DNA of 64,000 bases from an uncultured Desulfospira sp. (lineage in GTDB: Bacteria; Desulfobacterota; Desulfobacteria; Desulfobacterales; Desulfobacteraceae). Where the stretch lies: NCBI GenBank assembly GCA_963663165.1, contig OY760175.1, forward strand, positions 2,528,001-2,592,000. Direction: 5' to 3'. Both the position numbers and the translations under genes were made by a program. Positions 30,178-40,211 of the stretch are shown one piece after another. The notes below the pieces were generated by a model. That model was given only the letters and a program-made list of their open reading frames with translations. It was not told where the DNA came from and ran no database searches. Each line of letters starts with the position of its first letter. The first letter of the stretch is position 1.

Positions 30178-30221
30178 TGTTTTGCTCCTTGAGGTTTAAG
30201 GTTTGGGGGTAATATAAGGCA

Positions 30222-30320
30222 GCAAGAGACAAGAAACAAGGGGCAAGAAACAAGAGACAGGAGACAGGAGACAAGGGGCAGGAAATCGGAGGCTGGAAAT
30301 GGGAAACCGGGGACCAGGGC
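30222..30320. repeat. Heptamer tandem array (CAAGAGA/CAGGAGA units)
   Basis: caagaga caagaaa caagggg caagaaa caagaga caggaga caggaga caagggg. Confidence 0.75.
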
Positions 30321-30342
30321 TGAAGGGGAGCGGGAATGGGGT

Positions 30343-30777
30343 TCAGGGTCTGGTGCCCATGAGGGTCAGTTCCACTTTCCGGCTTCGATGGCTGTTGTCA
30401 TGGTTGATGACCACCACCTGCTGCCAGGTGCCGAGCCTTAAAACGGATGAGCGGACCGGGATGCTGACACTGGGGCCGAGCAGGGCAGACTGCACATGGC
30501 TGTGGCCGTTGCCGTCGTGCCAGGCCTGTTCGTGGGAGTAAACCTGGCCGGGCGGGGCCAGTTCGTTGATGGCCCGGCAAAGATCCGCCACCACCCCGGG
30601 CTCATATTCAATGGTGGTGACCGAGCCGGTGGAGCCGGGGATAAACACATGAAGGATTCCCGAGGCCACCCCGGATTCCCGGATAAAAAGGGACAGCTCC
30701 GGGGTGATGTCCCGGATGTCCGGGCCGGTGTTCATGTCCAGGGTAATGGTTTGTTCAAATAATTGAATCTCAGGCAT
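30343..30777 (-). CDS. yjbQ: YjbQ/UPF0047 family protein
   Basis: HDGNGHSH and LGTWQQ motifs. Confidence 0.85.
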   Translation of the reverse strand: MPEIQLFEQTITLDMNTGPDIRDITPELSLFIRESGVASGILHVFIPGSTGSVTTIEYEPGVVADLCRAINELAPPGQVYSHEQAWHDGNGHSHVQSALLGPSVSIPVRSSVLRLGTWQQVVVINHDNSHRSRKVELTLMGTRP

Positions 30778-30790
30778 TGTAATAAAGTCC

Positions 30791-30890
30791 TTTAGGGGTT
30801 TAGGGGCTTAGGCTGAAGGCTGAAGGGGGTTAGGCTTAAAGGATTGAGAGCCTTCCTTTAAGCCTTCAGTCTAAACCCCTTCAGCCTGAT
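30791..30890. repeat. Inverted heptamer array (GGCTGAA / TTCAGCC units)
   Basis: ttagggg..ggctgaa ggctgaa..., then ccttcagtctaaaccccttcagcc. Confidence 0.7.
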
Positions 30891-30896
30891 AGCCTT

Positions 30897-32345
30897 TTAA
30901 ACCTCATAATCCACGGTCCGGGACGCCACCGGATCCGTGTAATGGATAATGGTTTCAAAGGTTTTCAGGTTGATGCGGGCCGTGGCCGTATGTTCCTTTC
31001 GGCGCCATTCAATGATCATCTCATGGTCTTTGGACTTGAGCAGGGAAAACTCCCCGTTAAAGGCCGGGTAGGAGTTCCGGAACTCCATGAGTCGCATCAG
31101 CCGCTGGACCACAGGTTTTTGGACTTCTATAGCAATTTCTTCTAAGGTGTAATTGTGCCGGTTGATGTTCCGGCCCTGCCGGGTGGATTCCACCAGCTCA
31201 ATATCGTTTTCACCGGCCAGAAGCCCCACATAATACACCTGGGGGATTCCCGGGGCGAAAAACTGGATGGTCCGGGCGGCAATATAGGCATCGTCATTGG
31301 AGCCTAAGGCCGAGTAATAGGTGCAGTTGACCTGATAAACATCTAAATTCTGGTATTCCGGGCCCGAGTAAGTCTCTTTGATATTGGAGCCTTTCTGGTA
31401 GAGGGCTTCAATGGTCTGGTCAATTTCCTCCTGGGAGAGCAGGTCCATGACATCCACCACGCCGATGCCGTCATGGGTGTCCAGAGTGGTGATCTGTTTT
31501 TTCGGGCATTTTCTAAGCCAGGCTTTAAGCCGTTTGCCGGTTCCCATGTATAGGGCGTGAAGGACCAGCAGGGGCAAAGAAAAATCATAGCACCAATACC
31601 CTTTTTCCGCTAACTTGAGCTGGTAAGAGTAATGTTCATGAACCTCGGGCAGGATCTGGGTGTCAAAGGCCGAGGCAAAGTCGTCAAACCAGTCCAAAAG
31701 TTCCCATATCTTGGGCTCCAAAAAAAAACAGGAGGTGCCAAGCGCCATGGTGGTGTAGGCAATGGCATCCAGCCGGATCATCTTGGGCCGGTTCCGGGCC
31801 AGGCGAATGAGAAATTTTCGCATGACCTCCCGGGTTTTGGGCGAATCATAATCCAGGTCAATCTGCTCATAATCAAAGGTACACCATATTTTTTCCAGGG
31901 TGCCGTTGGGTCGCTCTATGACCTGGTAAGGGGGCCTTGGTTTGCGGGTATAAACAGTTTGCAGGTCCTCATCCTTTACCCAGCCGTTTGGGGCCAACTT
32001 GTTAAAGCTTAAAAACATGTCCGCATACTCACTGGCCGCCCCTTTGATGATGTAATCCTGGAAAAATTTAGACTGCCGGGAGATATGGTTGACCATAAAA
32101 TCAATAATCAGGTCAAAATCCTGGCCGATTTTCTCCACGTCCTCCCAGGTGCCGAAGGCCGGGTCCACCTCATCATAGGTCTTGGGGGCAAATCCCCTGT
32201 CCGAAGAGGACGGGTAAAACGGCAGGATGTGGACCCCTCTGACCGCTTTTAAAAAATATTTTCTTAAGGCATAATGAAGCTCGGCCATGTCGTGGCCCAA
32301 ACTGTCCGGATAGGTGATCAACTGGATTTTGTTTTTGAGTGTCAT
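30897..32345 (-). CDS. gtfA: Sucrose phosphorylase (GH13_18)
   Basis: NKIQLITYPD, RLDA nucleophile, PEVHEH, DTHDGIGV and NLDVYQVNCTYYSAL motifs. Confidence 0.85.
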   Translation of the reverse strand: MTLKNKIQLITYPDSLGHDMAELHYALRKYFLKAVRGVHILPFYPSSSDRGFAPKTYDEVDPAFGTWEDVEKIGQDFDLIIDFMVNHISRQSKFFQDYIIKGAASEYADMFLSFNKLAPNGWVKDEDLQTVYTRKPRPPYQVIERPNGTLEKIWCTFDYEQIDLDYDSPKTREVMRKFLIRLARNRPKMIRLDAIAYTTMALGTSCFFLEPKIWELLDWFDDFASAFDTQILPEVHEHYSYQLKLAEKGYWCYDFSLPLLVLHALYMGTGKRLKAWLRKCPKKQITTLDTHDGIGVVDVMDLLSQEEIDQTIEALYQKGSNIKETYSGPEYQNLDVYQVNCTYYSALGSNDDAYIAARTIQFFAPGIPQVYYVGLLAGENDIELVESTRQGRNINRHNYTLEEIAIEVQKPVVQRLMRLMEFRNSYPAFNGEFSLLKSKDHEMIIEWRRKEHTATARINLKTFETIIHYTDPVASRTVDYEV

Positions 32346-34543
32346 TGTAAAACAGACCCCTTTGCTTTGGTGGTAAACCGGTAATGGTCCATGCCTTCCA
32401 GCATTCCGCCGGCATAGGTGTTTGTTGCAAAATAAATATTTCTTCTGGCGCGAAGCTCTTCAAGTTCGGGGCTGTAATTGCCCACCACTACCCCTAAAGG
32501 CTCTCCTTTGAGCATTTCCGCATCATTGCCCGAATCTCCGCAGACCAGAAAATTTTTTAACGGGATCTGCCACTTGTAGCTTAAATACCGGATGGCCTTT
32601 CCCTTGGATGCCCGGTAGGGAAGAATGTCCAGGTACTTGTTATGGGAGTATATCAGGGTGTAGTGGAACCGGTTTCTGGTCAGCACGTGGTGGACCCTGG
32701 CCAGCCGGTCTTTACCGGGTGTCATATAATAGCTTAGTTTATAGGGGGTCTGCACGGCCTTTTCCTGGGGACGGATAAACCCGATCTCTTTTAAGCGCAG
32801 CCGGATCAGGTCAGGCTTCCAGTTTTTTGAAATATGGGTTTCCCAGCCTTTGTCCGGGTAAAGATCCCGTCCATAATGAAGGCTTGCCCCTACACCGGAG
32901 ATAATGATGTCCGGTGCCATGATCCCGTGTGCTTCAAGAATGGAAAGAACCGATTGAAAAATTCTTCCCGATGCCACGCCAAAGCCCATCCACTTTGAAT
33001 TTTCCTTTAAAATGGCCATAAGGGCTTCAACTTCAGCCGGATCTCCGCCCAAGAGGGTATTGTCAATGTCGGTAATGAGCATGAACTTCAGGCCGGTCAG
33101 CCGCTTTCCAATGCTGTGGTCAGGCGGCGTAACTTTCATATCGGTTCTCTGGTATTTCCGGCACAGGGTGCTGACCTGATCCACATAGGTGTTGACATGG
33201 CTTTTCCAGGTATACATTTTCCGGATATTCAAGATCCCGTTTTTAGAATACTGCTGCCACTTGTCCGGATGAACCATGATCTCTTTGACGGCCGATGAGA
33301 TGGCTTTGGTGTCTTTGGGATCCACCAGGGTGCCGCTCCGGCAGTTCCTGATGATATCCAGGGGCCCGCCGTTGTTGGTGGCCACCACGGGCAGGCCGCA
33401 GGCCAGGGCTTCAAGCAGGGTCAGGCCAAAGGGCTCGGTAAGGGAGGGGTTGACAAAGACCCCTTTTTTACGGGCGGCAATCCGGTAAAGCTCAGGCACC
33501 TCATACTCAAAGTCGTGCCGTTTGGGAATGGCCATTTTGCCGTAAAGATTGTACTTATCCATTAACAGCAGCATCTTTGTTAAAACATCCCGCTCAGTAT
33601 CCTCTTTTAAGGCAATGTCTTTTCTGATCCCGGCAAACACGGCCAGGTTGGCAATGGCCTGAAGGTCGTAATCTTCGCCATAGGCCTGAATGAGACCCTC
33701 AATGTTTTTCCGCTTATCCGGGCGGCACAGGACCAGGATCATGGGCTTGTCCGGGTGCTGGAAGAACCGGTCCAGTTCACTGGTGATGGACTGCCGGGCA
33801 AACAAAACCATCTCCTTTTCATCACTTTCCTCGAACTGGTCATGGTAATAGGGATGAAACCGGTCAATGTCGATTCCCGGCGGAATGACTTTGTACCGGG
33901 GCAGGGTCCTGTTCTTGTACATCCCGTACTGGCCTTCAATTTCCTGGGTGGTGGAGGTGACCACCAGGTCGCAGGTTTTTAAGATGCTTTCTTCCACCCT
34001 GATCCGGTGTTCGATTTTAAGCCGTTTGTCCAGATCAGCCGGGTCCGTGCCCTGGGCCGTGAGCCTGGCTTTTTTAGGCCGGCCAAGGGAGTGTCCGGTG
34101 TAGACAAAGGGGAGTCCGAAAAATCTGGCCAGCTCCTTTGCCACGTAGCCGGCGTCCGGGTAATGGCCGTGAACCAGGTCCGGTATGGTTTTCTGGGTCT
34201 GGATAAATTTGATGGTTTTATCCACAAATTCGTCCAGAAATGGCCAGAGCAGTTCTTTTCTGATATATTTTTTCCCCCCGCACTGGATTCTTATGATCCT
34301 GAATTTGTCGTTGACCTGCTCCCCGGGAAGGCTGTAATCCTCAGAGCAGGATTTGTCCTGAATTCTTCGGGTGAACAGATCAATTTTTCTGATGCCGGGG
34401 TGTTGGGACAACGCCTTGCACAATTCCACCAGATACTTGATCTGGCCGCCGGTATCCGCATCAAAGCCCAGTTCCATGTTGTCTGCTCTGAGCAGGCCGT
34501 GGATACTGAACATCTGTATGTAAAGTCCTTTGCCGGCAGTCAT
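32342..34543 (-). CDS. sps: Sucrose-phosphate synthase fused to a sucrose-phosphatase HAD domain
   Basis: ELGFDADTGGQIKY and EPFGLTLLEA (GT4); C-terminal ITDIDNTL and GDSGND. Confidence 0.9.
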   Translation of the reverse strand: MTAGKGLYIQMFSIHGLLRADNMELGFDADTGGQIKYLVELCKALSQHPGIRKIDLFTRRIQDKSCSEDYSLPGEQVNDKFRIIRIQCGGKKYIRKELLWPFLDEFVDKTIKFIQTQKTIPDLVHGHYPDAGYVAKELARFFGLPFVYTGHSLGRPKKARLTAQGTDPADLDKRLKIEHRIRVEESILKTCDLVVTSTTQEIEGQYGMYKNRTLPRYKVIPPGIDIDRFHPYYHDQFEESDEKEMVLFARQSITSELDRFFQHPDKPMILVLCRPDKRKNIEGLIQAYGEDYDLQAIANLAVFAGIRKDIALKEDTERDVLTKMLLLMDKYNLYGKMAIPKRHDFEYEVPELYRIAARKKGVFVNPSLTEPFGLTLLEALACGLPVVATNNGGPLDIIRNCRSGTLVDPKDTKAISSAVKEIMVHPDKWQQYSKNGILNIRKMYTWKSHVNTYVDQVSTLCRKYQRTDMKVTPPDHSIGKRLTGLKFMLITDIDNTLLGGDPAEVEALMAILKENSKWMGFGVASGRIFQSVLSILEAHGIMAPDIIISGVGASLHYGRDLYPDKGWETHISKNWKPDLIRLRLKEIGFIRPQEKAVQTPYKLSYYMTPGKDRLARVHHVLTRNRFHYTLIYSHNKYLDILPYRASKGKAIRYLSYKWQIPLKNFLVCGDSGNDAEMLKGEPLGVVVGNYSPELEELRARRNIYFATNTYAGGMLEGMDHYRFTTKAKGSVLQ

Positions 34544-35442
34544 AGGCTTGCCAATTTTTGGATAAATTCAAGGTAAAAACCGTCATCGTCAGGCAGGGCC
34601 CCCCGAATCTTGCAGATGCCCAGGGCAAATTCATGGGCCAGGTGCAGGGAACGGTCCTGTGGCGCCCCTTTAAGCAGGCAGGCCGCGGCCATGGCCGCAT
34701 AGGCGTCTCCGGCCCCTACCGTATCGGCTATGTTACCCTTCAGGGAAGGTAACCCGGTTTTTTCCACCTGTCCCTGAAATGCCCACAGGCTTCCGTTGGC
34801 GCCAAGGGTAAGGATAAGGGTTTTAATTTTATGGGTGTTCATAAAGGTGTGGAGCAACGAATCAATTTGGGGATCAAAGGGGTCATGGCCTGAAATCAGC
34901 CGGAACTCTTCGTCACTGAGTTTAAGGATATCCGATGCCCCAAGGCAGGTTTCAACCGTGAGATCAGACCAGGCATCAGGCCTTAGGTTGATATCGCAGA
35001 ACACCCGGGTTGCGGCCGGTTTTTGTGAAAGGATTTGTTGAATCAGTTCCCGGCCATTCAGGGTTCTCTGGACCAGACTGCCAAAGTAAAGACAATCGAA
35101 AGATTCTGCCATAATGCCGGCCAGGCGGGTGTCAAACTCAATATAATCCCAGGCCGCATCAGCGAGAATCTCAAAGCCGTGGCTGCCGTCATCATACAAG
35201 GTCACCTTTACGGCACCGGTGTCATGGACCGGGTCAATCTGGATATCTAAGGTGTCAAAGCCATGGGAGTCCAGAAATTTGAGGATACCCCTTCCGTTTT
35301 TATCTTTGCCCACCCGGGAGATGAACCGGACATCAACGCCCAGTTTTTTTAGATGAAAGGCAAAATTAAAGGGCGCCCCGCCCAATTGTCTGCCGTCCGG
35401 GAAAAGGTCATACAGAATTTCGCCTAAAATGAGTATCATCAC
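34540..35442 (-). CDS. PfkB family carbohydrate kinase (fructokinase)
   Basis: GGAPFN, DINLRP and DTVGAGD motifs; stop overlaps the sps start. Confidence 0.88.
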   Translation of the reverse strand: MMILILGEILYDLFPDGRQLGGAPFNFAFHLKKLGVDVRFISRVGKDKNGRGILKFLDSHGFDTLDIQIDPVHDTGAVKVTLYDDGSHGFEILADAAWDYIEFDTRLAGIMAESFDCLYFGSLVQRTLNGRELIQQILSQKPAATRVFCDINLRPDAWSDLTVETCLGASDILKLSDEEFRLISGHDPFDPQIDSLLHTFMNTHKIKTLILTLGANGSLWAFQGQVEKTGLPSLKGNIADTVGAGDAYAAMAAACLLKGAPQDRSLHLAHEFALGICKIRGALPDDDGFYLEFIQKLASL

Positions 35443-35798
35443 GTCAAAATTTTAAATCCAAAGCAATAAAAAAAGAGTTATGCTTTGTTTGGTTCTAAAT
35501 AATTTGGTTTTGGCGACGGTGTCGCTTTATTGGGACTGGGGTGTTTAGTTTAATGCAGTATACCCAGTGACATGAACTGCGTCAAGTTTCCTGGATTTTC
35601 GGTGTCCGTGAACCTGATGTGAAAGGGATCAGGATAACTTCAATATAATGCAGGGGATTAAACTGAAGGCGGAAGGGGTTTAGGGTTTTGCATCCCTTCA
35701 GCCGAACCGCCTTCAGCCTAATTACCTTATTCAACCTTGAATTTAAGGCAAACACCCTTTATGATTAAAAAATTTTTAAATAACCAGAGGAAGATACC

Positions 35799-36329
35799 AT
35801 GGAACAGTCACAGTTCATTTTAACCGCGTTTGGCAAGGACCGGCCCGGAATTGTCGCCCAGATTGCTGAAATTATTTTTGAAAACCAGTGCAATCTTGAA
35901 GATTCAAACATGGGCCACCTGGCCGATGAATTTACCCTGATCCTGCTCTTGTCCGGCCGGGGGGAAAATCTTGAGCAGGCCCTGTCCCGGGATTTAAAAC
36001 GTCTGGAAAGGGAAAAGGGGATATCGGCCTTTATCCGGCCCGTTGAATATGCCCATCCGGCAAATGGGGAAAGCGGCCAAAAGGCCGTTATAGGGGCCGA
36101 AGGGGTGGACCAGGCCGGGATTGTATACAAGATCAGCCGGCTACTGGCAGACCGGGATGTGAACATTGAAACCCTGGCCTCCCGGAAAAAATATTCCCCC
36201 AACAGCGGAACCGCCATGTATGATCTTGAAATCAAGGCGTCCCTGCCGCTGAATATATCTCCGGCCGCTTTGAGCGATGACCTGGAAGAACTGGGCAATG
36301 AGCTGAACGTGGATATCCGCCTGGGGTGA
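35799..36329 (+). CDS. Tandem ACT-domain protein (GcvR-like)
   Basis: GKDRPGIV and GVDQAGIV motifs. Confidence 0.85.
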   Translation: MEQSQFILTAFGKDRPGIVAQIAEIIFENQCNLEDSNMGHLADEFTLILLLSGRGENLEQALSRDLKRLEREKGISAFIRPVEYAHPANGESGQKAVIGAEGVDQAGIVYKISRLLADRDVNIETLASRKKYSPNSGTAMYDLEIKASLPLNISPAALSDDLEELGNELNVDIRLG

Positions 36330-37970
36330 TCAGGCAAGTCGTGCCAGAAGGGCCTCCTGCTCATCCAGGATCTCATCCAGGATCCGGGGGCTGGTATAGG
36401 GATTCATCAGAACCGACCGCAATACCACCACCTCTTTGTCATCTTTGGCAGACACCTTAAGCCGGGTCCGGGAGACAAAGCTTTTGCCCGCCTCCCGCTG
36501 GGTGCGCTGGATACGGGTGTTGAGTTCATCCAGCTTCTGGTTCAGCTGCCGGCAGCGTTCTTTATCCGGTGATGAATCCAGTTCTTTTCTGATAGGAAGG
36601 GGCACCAGACGGTAGGTTAAAATATTCAGCCGGGGCCTGGAAATAAGCTGGAACAGGGGACGGGCGTTGATTTTTTCGGCAAAGATTTTGGCCGTCTCAA
36701 TGCCGTGGTCGATCATGAGGCCATACCCCTTTGATCCCATGATTTTCAGGGAGGAATCAAGAATCAGGGAATTGGCCTCCCGGGACCCCTCCAGGGTTTT
36801 GATGCCCAGATCAACGGATCCTTTCCGGTTGACATAACGGGCATGGTAAACAATCTGGTCCATGGCTTTAGGATCTTTGAAATAGACCATCCCGGCGGTC
36901 ATGGGCATGTAAAACTGCTTGTGGCAGTCAATGGTTACGGAATCGGCCTGTTCGATACCCGAAAGAAGTCCGGCATATTTCTCCGATAACAGGACAGGTC
37001 CCCCCCAGGCCGCATCCACATGAAAGTGGATGTTATGGGTTTTGCAGATGGCGGCAAGTTCGGGCAAGGGGTCAATGGTCCCGGTTTCCGTGGCCCCGGC
37101 CACCCCGACCACGGCCATGATTTTTGTTTTCCCGTCAGCGGTGACCTCCTGAATCATCCGGTTTAATACAGCCAGATCAATGCCTTTATTTTCATCGGCA
37201 TCCACGGGAATGACGTTCCGGTTTCCAATCCCCAGAATGCCGCCGGCTTTTTTAAGTGAAAAATGGCCTTTTCTGGACACCAGGACCACCATCCGCTCCA
37301 ACCCGTAAGCTTTTAAGCCTTCAAACAGCCCGTCGGCTTCAATGCCTGAAAAGCCTTTTTTGGGGGGAAGGGCAAGGTTTCTGGCGGTCCAGAGGGCGGT
37401 CAGGTTGGCCGTGGTGCCGCCGCTGGTGAATCCCCCAAGACAGGTCTCAACATTCTGGACATGGGCATTGTAAAAGGCCTCATCTTTCTGGTAAATCATC
37501 CGGTGAACCTTGGCCAGGACCTGTTTTTCCAGGACGGAGAGCACCTTGGAGGTCTCCACTTTGATGACGTTCTGGTTTAAGGCAGCGGCAATGGCTTTTA
37601 AATGGACCATGAAAAAGGGAACCGCCGAGGTCATATGTCCGATAAAATAGGGTGAGGCCACGTTCACGGCTCTCGGGGCGATATCGTTGATGATATCCTC
37701 TATAACGTCGGCCAGTTTTTTTAAAGGCTCCCGGTTGATCCGTGTGTCGGTAAACTCTGTTGCCAGTTCGGCCAGGCTGATTTCTTCGGTGACCCCTACG
37801 TTCCGGTTTAAAAAATCATGGAGCCCGAACAGAATCTGCTCCATATATTTGACCAGGGTCTTTCTGGAGTTTTCGTCTTCGGGCCGGATAAAAACCCGGT
37901 TTAAGGCTTCCCAGTCCGCAACCAGCTGTTTGGACCGAAAGGTTTGGGGTGTGGTGTCAAGATGAGTCAT
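36330..37970 (-). CDS. panP: PLP-dependent aspartate 1-decarboxylase (group II)
   Basis: FIGHMTS, LNQNVIKVETSK, HVDAAWGG, IDCHKQ and TLEGSR motifs. Confidence 0.8.
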   Translation of the reverse strand: MTHLDTTPQTFRSKQLVADWEALNRVFIRPEDENSRKTLVKYMEQILFGLHDFLNRNVGVTEEISLAELATEFTDTRINREPLKKLADVIEDIINDIAPRAVNVASPYFIGHMTSAVPFFMVHLKAIAAALNQNVIKVETSKVLSVLEKQVLAKVHRMIYQKDEAFYNAHVQNVETCLGGFTSGGTTANLTALWTARNLALPPKKGFSGIEADGLFEGLKAYGLERMVVLVSRKGHFSLKKAGGILGIGNRNVIPVDADENKGIDLAVLNRMIQEVTADGKTKIMAVVGVAGATETGTIDPLPELAAICKTHNIHFHVDAAWGGPVLLSEKYAGLLSGIEQADSVTIDCHKQFYMPMTAGMVYFKDPKAMDQIVYHARYVNRKGSVDLGIKTLEGSREANSLILDSSLKIMGSKGYGLMIDHGIETAKIFAEKINARPLFQLISRPRLNILTYRLVPLPIRKELDSSPDKERCRQLNQKLDELNTRIQRTQREAGKSFVSRTRLKVSAKDDKEVVVLRSVLMNPYTSPRILDEILDEQEALLARLA

Positions 37971-38097
37971 AGGGTTTTGTGAATTATGGGTTAAAGGGTT
38001 GTATAATGCCTGTCCCGGGGAAAATAGTCAAGATACAAGAAACAAGATGCCAGGGTGGGGAGACCAATTTTGATGATGAGGATAATAATGTATAAAA

Positions 38098-38181
38098 TGG
38101 GGACTTGGGATATGGGATATGGGACTTGGGTAGGCCGTGGATACGGCAATCCCCAAGTCCCATATCCCAAGTCCCAAGTCC
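38098..38181. repeat. Inverted heptamer array (TGGGACT/TGGGATA vs AGTCCCA)
   Basis: gggactt gggatat gggatat gggactt ... ccccaag tcccata tcccaag tcccaag. Confidence 0.8.
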
Positions 38182-38264
38182 ATTATATTGAAGATCAACC
38201 TGCTATTGTGTTTAATTCCACGATGGCCTGTTTTTACATTGCCTGACAGGAAAAAAGGGGGCAT

Positions 38265-39041
38265 ATGGGAAATAACGAAAGAATGGGGGTAACAATTCTG
38301 GGGTCAGGGACCTGTGTGCCGTCTTTGGAGCGGCATGCCTGTTCGATTCTGGTGTCAGGGGGCGGATTGAATATCCTGGTGGATGCCGGCCCGGGCACCA
38401 TGGGCCAGCTGTTAAAAATCGGGAAGGGAATTGACGATATTGATGTCATCTTGCTGAGCCACTTTCATCCGGATCACTGTGCCGAGCTGGCGCCATTTGT
38501 CTTTTCCACAAAGTATCCCAAGCTTGACCGGGTAAAGCCCCTGACCCTTGGCGGCGGAACAGGGATCCGACAGCTGTTTGACCGCCTGAATACGGCCTAC
38601 GGCAAAACCCTTGAAATGCCGGAAGATTTGTTACACATCCTGGAGTTTGAGGAAAACGGAGAGGCCCAATGGGGTGACGGCCTTAAGGTTGCCTATGCAA
38701 AACCCGTCCATAATCCTGAAAGCCGGGCCTTTCGGTTTACCGGTCCGTCCGGGGACAGCGTGGTTTACTCCGGGGATACGGATTATTCCGGGGAACTGAT
38801 ACGCCTTTCTCTTGGTGCCGGTATCCTGATCTGCGAGTCCGCCCTCCCGGACGGTCAAAAGGTTAAAGGCCACCTGACCCCGTCCCTGGCAGGGAAGATC
38901 GCGGTCCAGGCCGGGGTGAACCACCTGGTTCTCACCCATTTTTATCCCGAATGCGATGCCGTGGACATCAGGGCCGAATGCCGGAAAACCTGGCCCGGCC
39001 CCCTGACCCTGGCCCGAGATTTGATGAGACTTGGGATATGA
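38265..39041 (+). CDS. MBL-fold hydrolase (RNase Z-like)
   Basis: LGSG, SHFHPDH, YSGDT, GHLT and LTHFYP motifs. Confidence 0.88.
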   Translation: MGNNERMGVTILGSGTCVPSLERHACSILVSGGGLNILVDAGPGTMGQLLKIGKGIDDIDVILLSHFHPDHCAELAPFVFSTKYPKLDRVKPLTLGGGTGIRQLFDRLNTAYGKTLEMPEDLLHILEFEENGEAQWGDGLKVAYAKPVHNPESRAFRFTGPSGDSVVYSGDTDYSGELIRLSLGAGILICESALPDGQKVKGHLTPSLAGKIAVQAGVNHLVLTHFYPECDAVDIRAECRKTWPGPLTLARDLMRLGI

Positions 39042-39120
39042 GGTATGGGACTTGGGATATGGGAAGATTCCCCAAGCCCCAAGCCCCAAGTCCCAAACCC
39101 CAAGCCCCAAGTCCCATATC
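39026..39120. repeat. Inverted heptamer array between convergent genes
   Basis: gagactt gggatat gaggtat gggactt gggatat ... cccaagc cccaagc cccaagt cccaaac cccaagc cccaagt cccatat. Confidence 0.8.
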
Positions 39121-39929
39121 TATTCTATTAATTGAGTTGGCCGGTCACAGGACACTACATCCGCCCCAAGCGCAATGGCTTTTTCGGCCCGCTGCTTTAA
39201 GTCATGGGTCCCCCACAGGTAAACAAACACCTTTGCCCCGGCCTGCCGGGCCTCTTCAAACCCGCACCGGGGGAAAAACCATTCCGAAGCAAACAGGGCG
39301 TCCGCGTCCAGGGCCGTGATAACAAAGGTGGGCAAATCCTGGATTTTCCACCAGGTCAGAAGATCTACGGCGATTTTCAGACCGGGATTCAGGGCCTTTA
39401 AAGCCTTTGCCGTTTGCGTCTCCTTGAGGGGATCGGCAATGAAAAAATAGACCTGGTCGGCCATGTCTTCTGCCAGAACAATCCGGCCGGCCTTTACAGG
39501 GTCTGCATCTTTCAGGTCAAGGGTCAAAATGAAATCCGGGTCAGGCCGGACCAGATCCAGGGCCTCTTTGAGGGTTAATATTTTTTGTTGGGTAACCTTT
39601 CCGGTTCCGTCTTTGAGAAACAGGGCCTTGAGCTGTTCAAGGTTTTTTTCGCTGACCTTGCCCTGTCCTGTGGTACAGCGGTCCAGGAAATCGTCATGGA
39701 GAAGGACCAGGCGGCCGTCCATGCTGGTCCTCAAGTCCACTTCGCTGCCGAAAATGCCCAGGTCCATGGCCGCTTTGATGCTGCCGGCACAATTTTCCGG
39801 ATAGGTCCCGGTGATCCCCCGGTGGGCGCACACCCTGTCTTTATTCAGCCCTTGGCCCTGGGCAAATGTCGCGGGAATCGTCAGCCAGCAGACCAGGCTA
39901 ACGGCCAGCCATAAAGTTGTTTTTTTCAT
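39120..39929 (-). CDS. Glycerophosphodiester phosphodiesterase family protein
   Basis: AHRG..PEN, EVDL and LLHD motifs; signal peptide from MKKTTLW. Confidence 0.88.
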   Translation of the reverse strand: MKKTTLWLAVSLVCWLTIPATFAQGQGLNKDRVCAHRGITGTYPENCAGSIKAAMDLGIFGSEVDLRTSMDGRLVLLHDDFLDRCTTGQGKVSEKNLEQLKALFLKDGTGKVTQQKILTLKEALDLVRPDPDFILTLDLKDADPVKAGRIVLAEDMADQVYFFIADPLKETQTAKALKALNPGLKIAVDLLTWWKIQDLPTFVITALDADALFASEWFFPRCGFEEARQAGAKVFVYLWGTHDLKQRAEKAIALGADVVSCDRPTQLIE

Positions 39930-40211
39930 TGTTATATTCCTCTTTAGGGGTTTTGGGCCGGGATGATAATACAAATTATAAAAGAATGCTGGTACTTTTT
40001 TGCTCAAATGCAGGGATTTTTTTGCGGAATATGTGAATCAGTGCTGACGCATGAAAATTTATAGTCAATGATATCAATGACGCAGCTCGATATCCAAAAT
40101 TATTTTGTCGCAAAATTTAAATAGACAAAATTTCGGCCTTTTGATAATGTAGCATAGGGTACGAATGAGCGCCCCCCCAATCGAGACACTACATTTGAAG
40201 AGGAGGATGTC

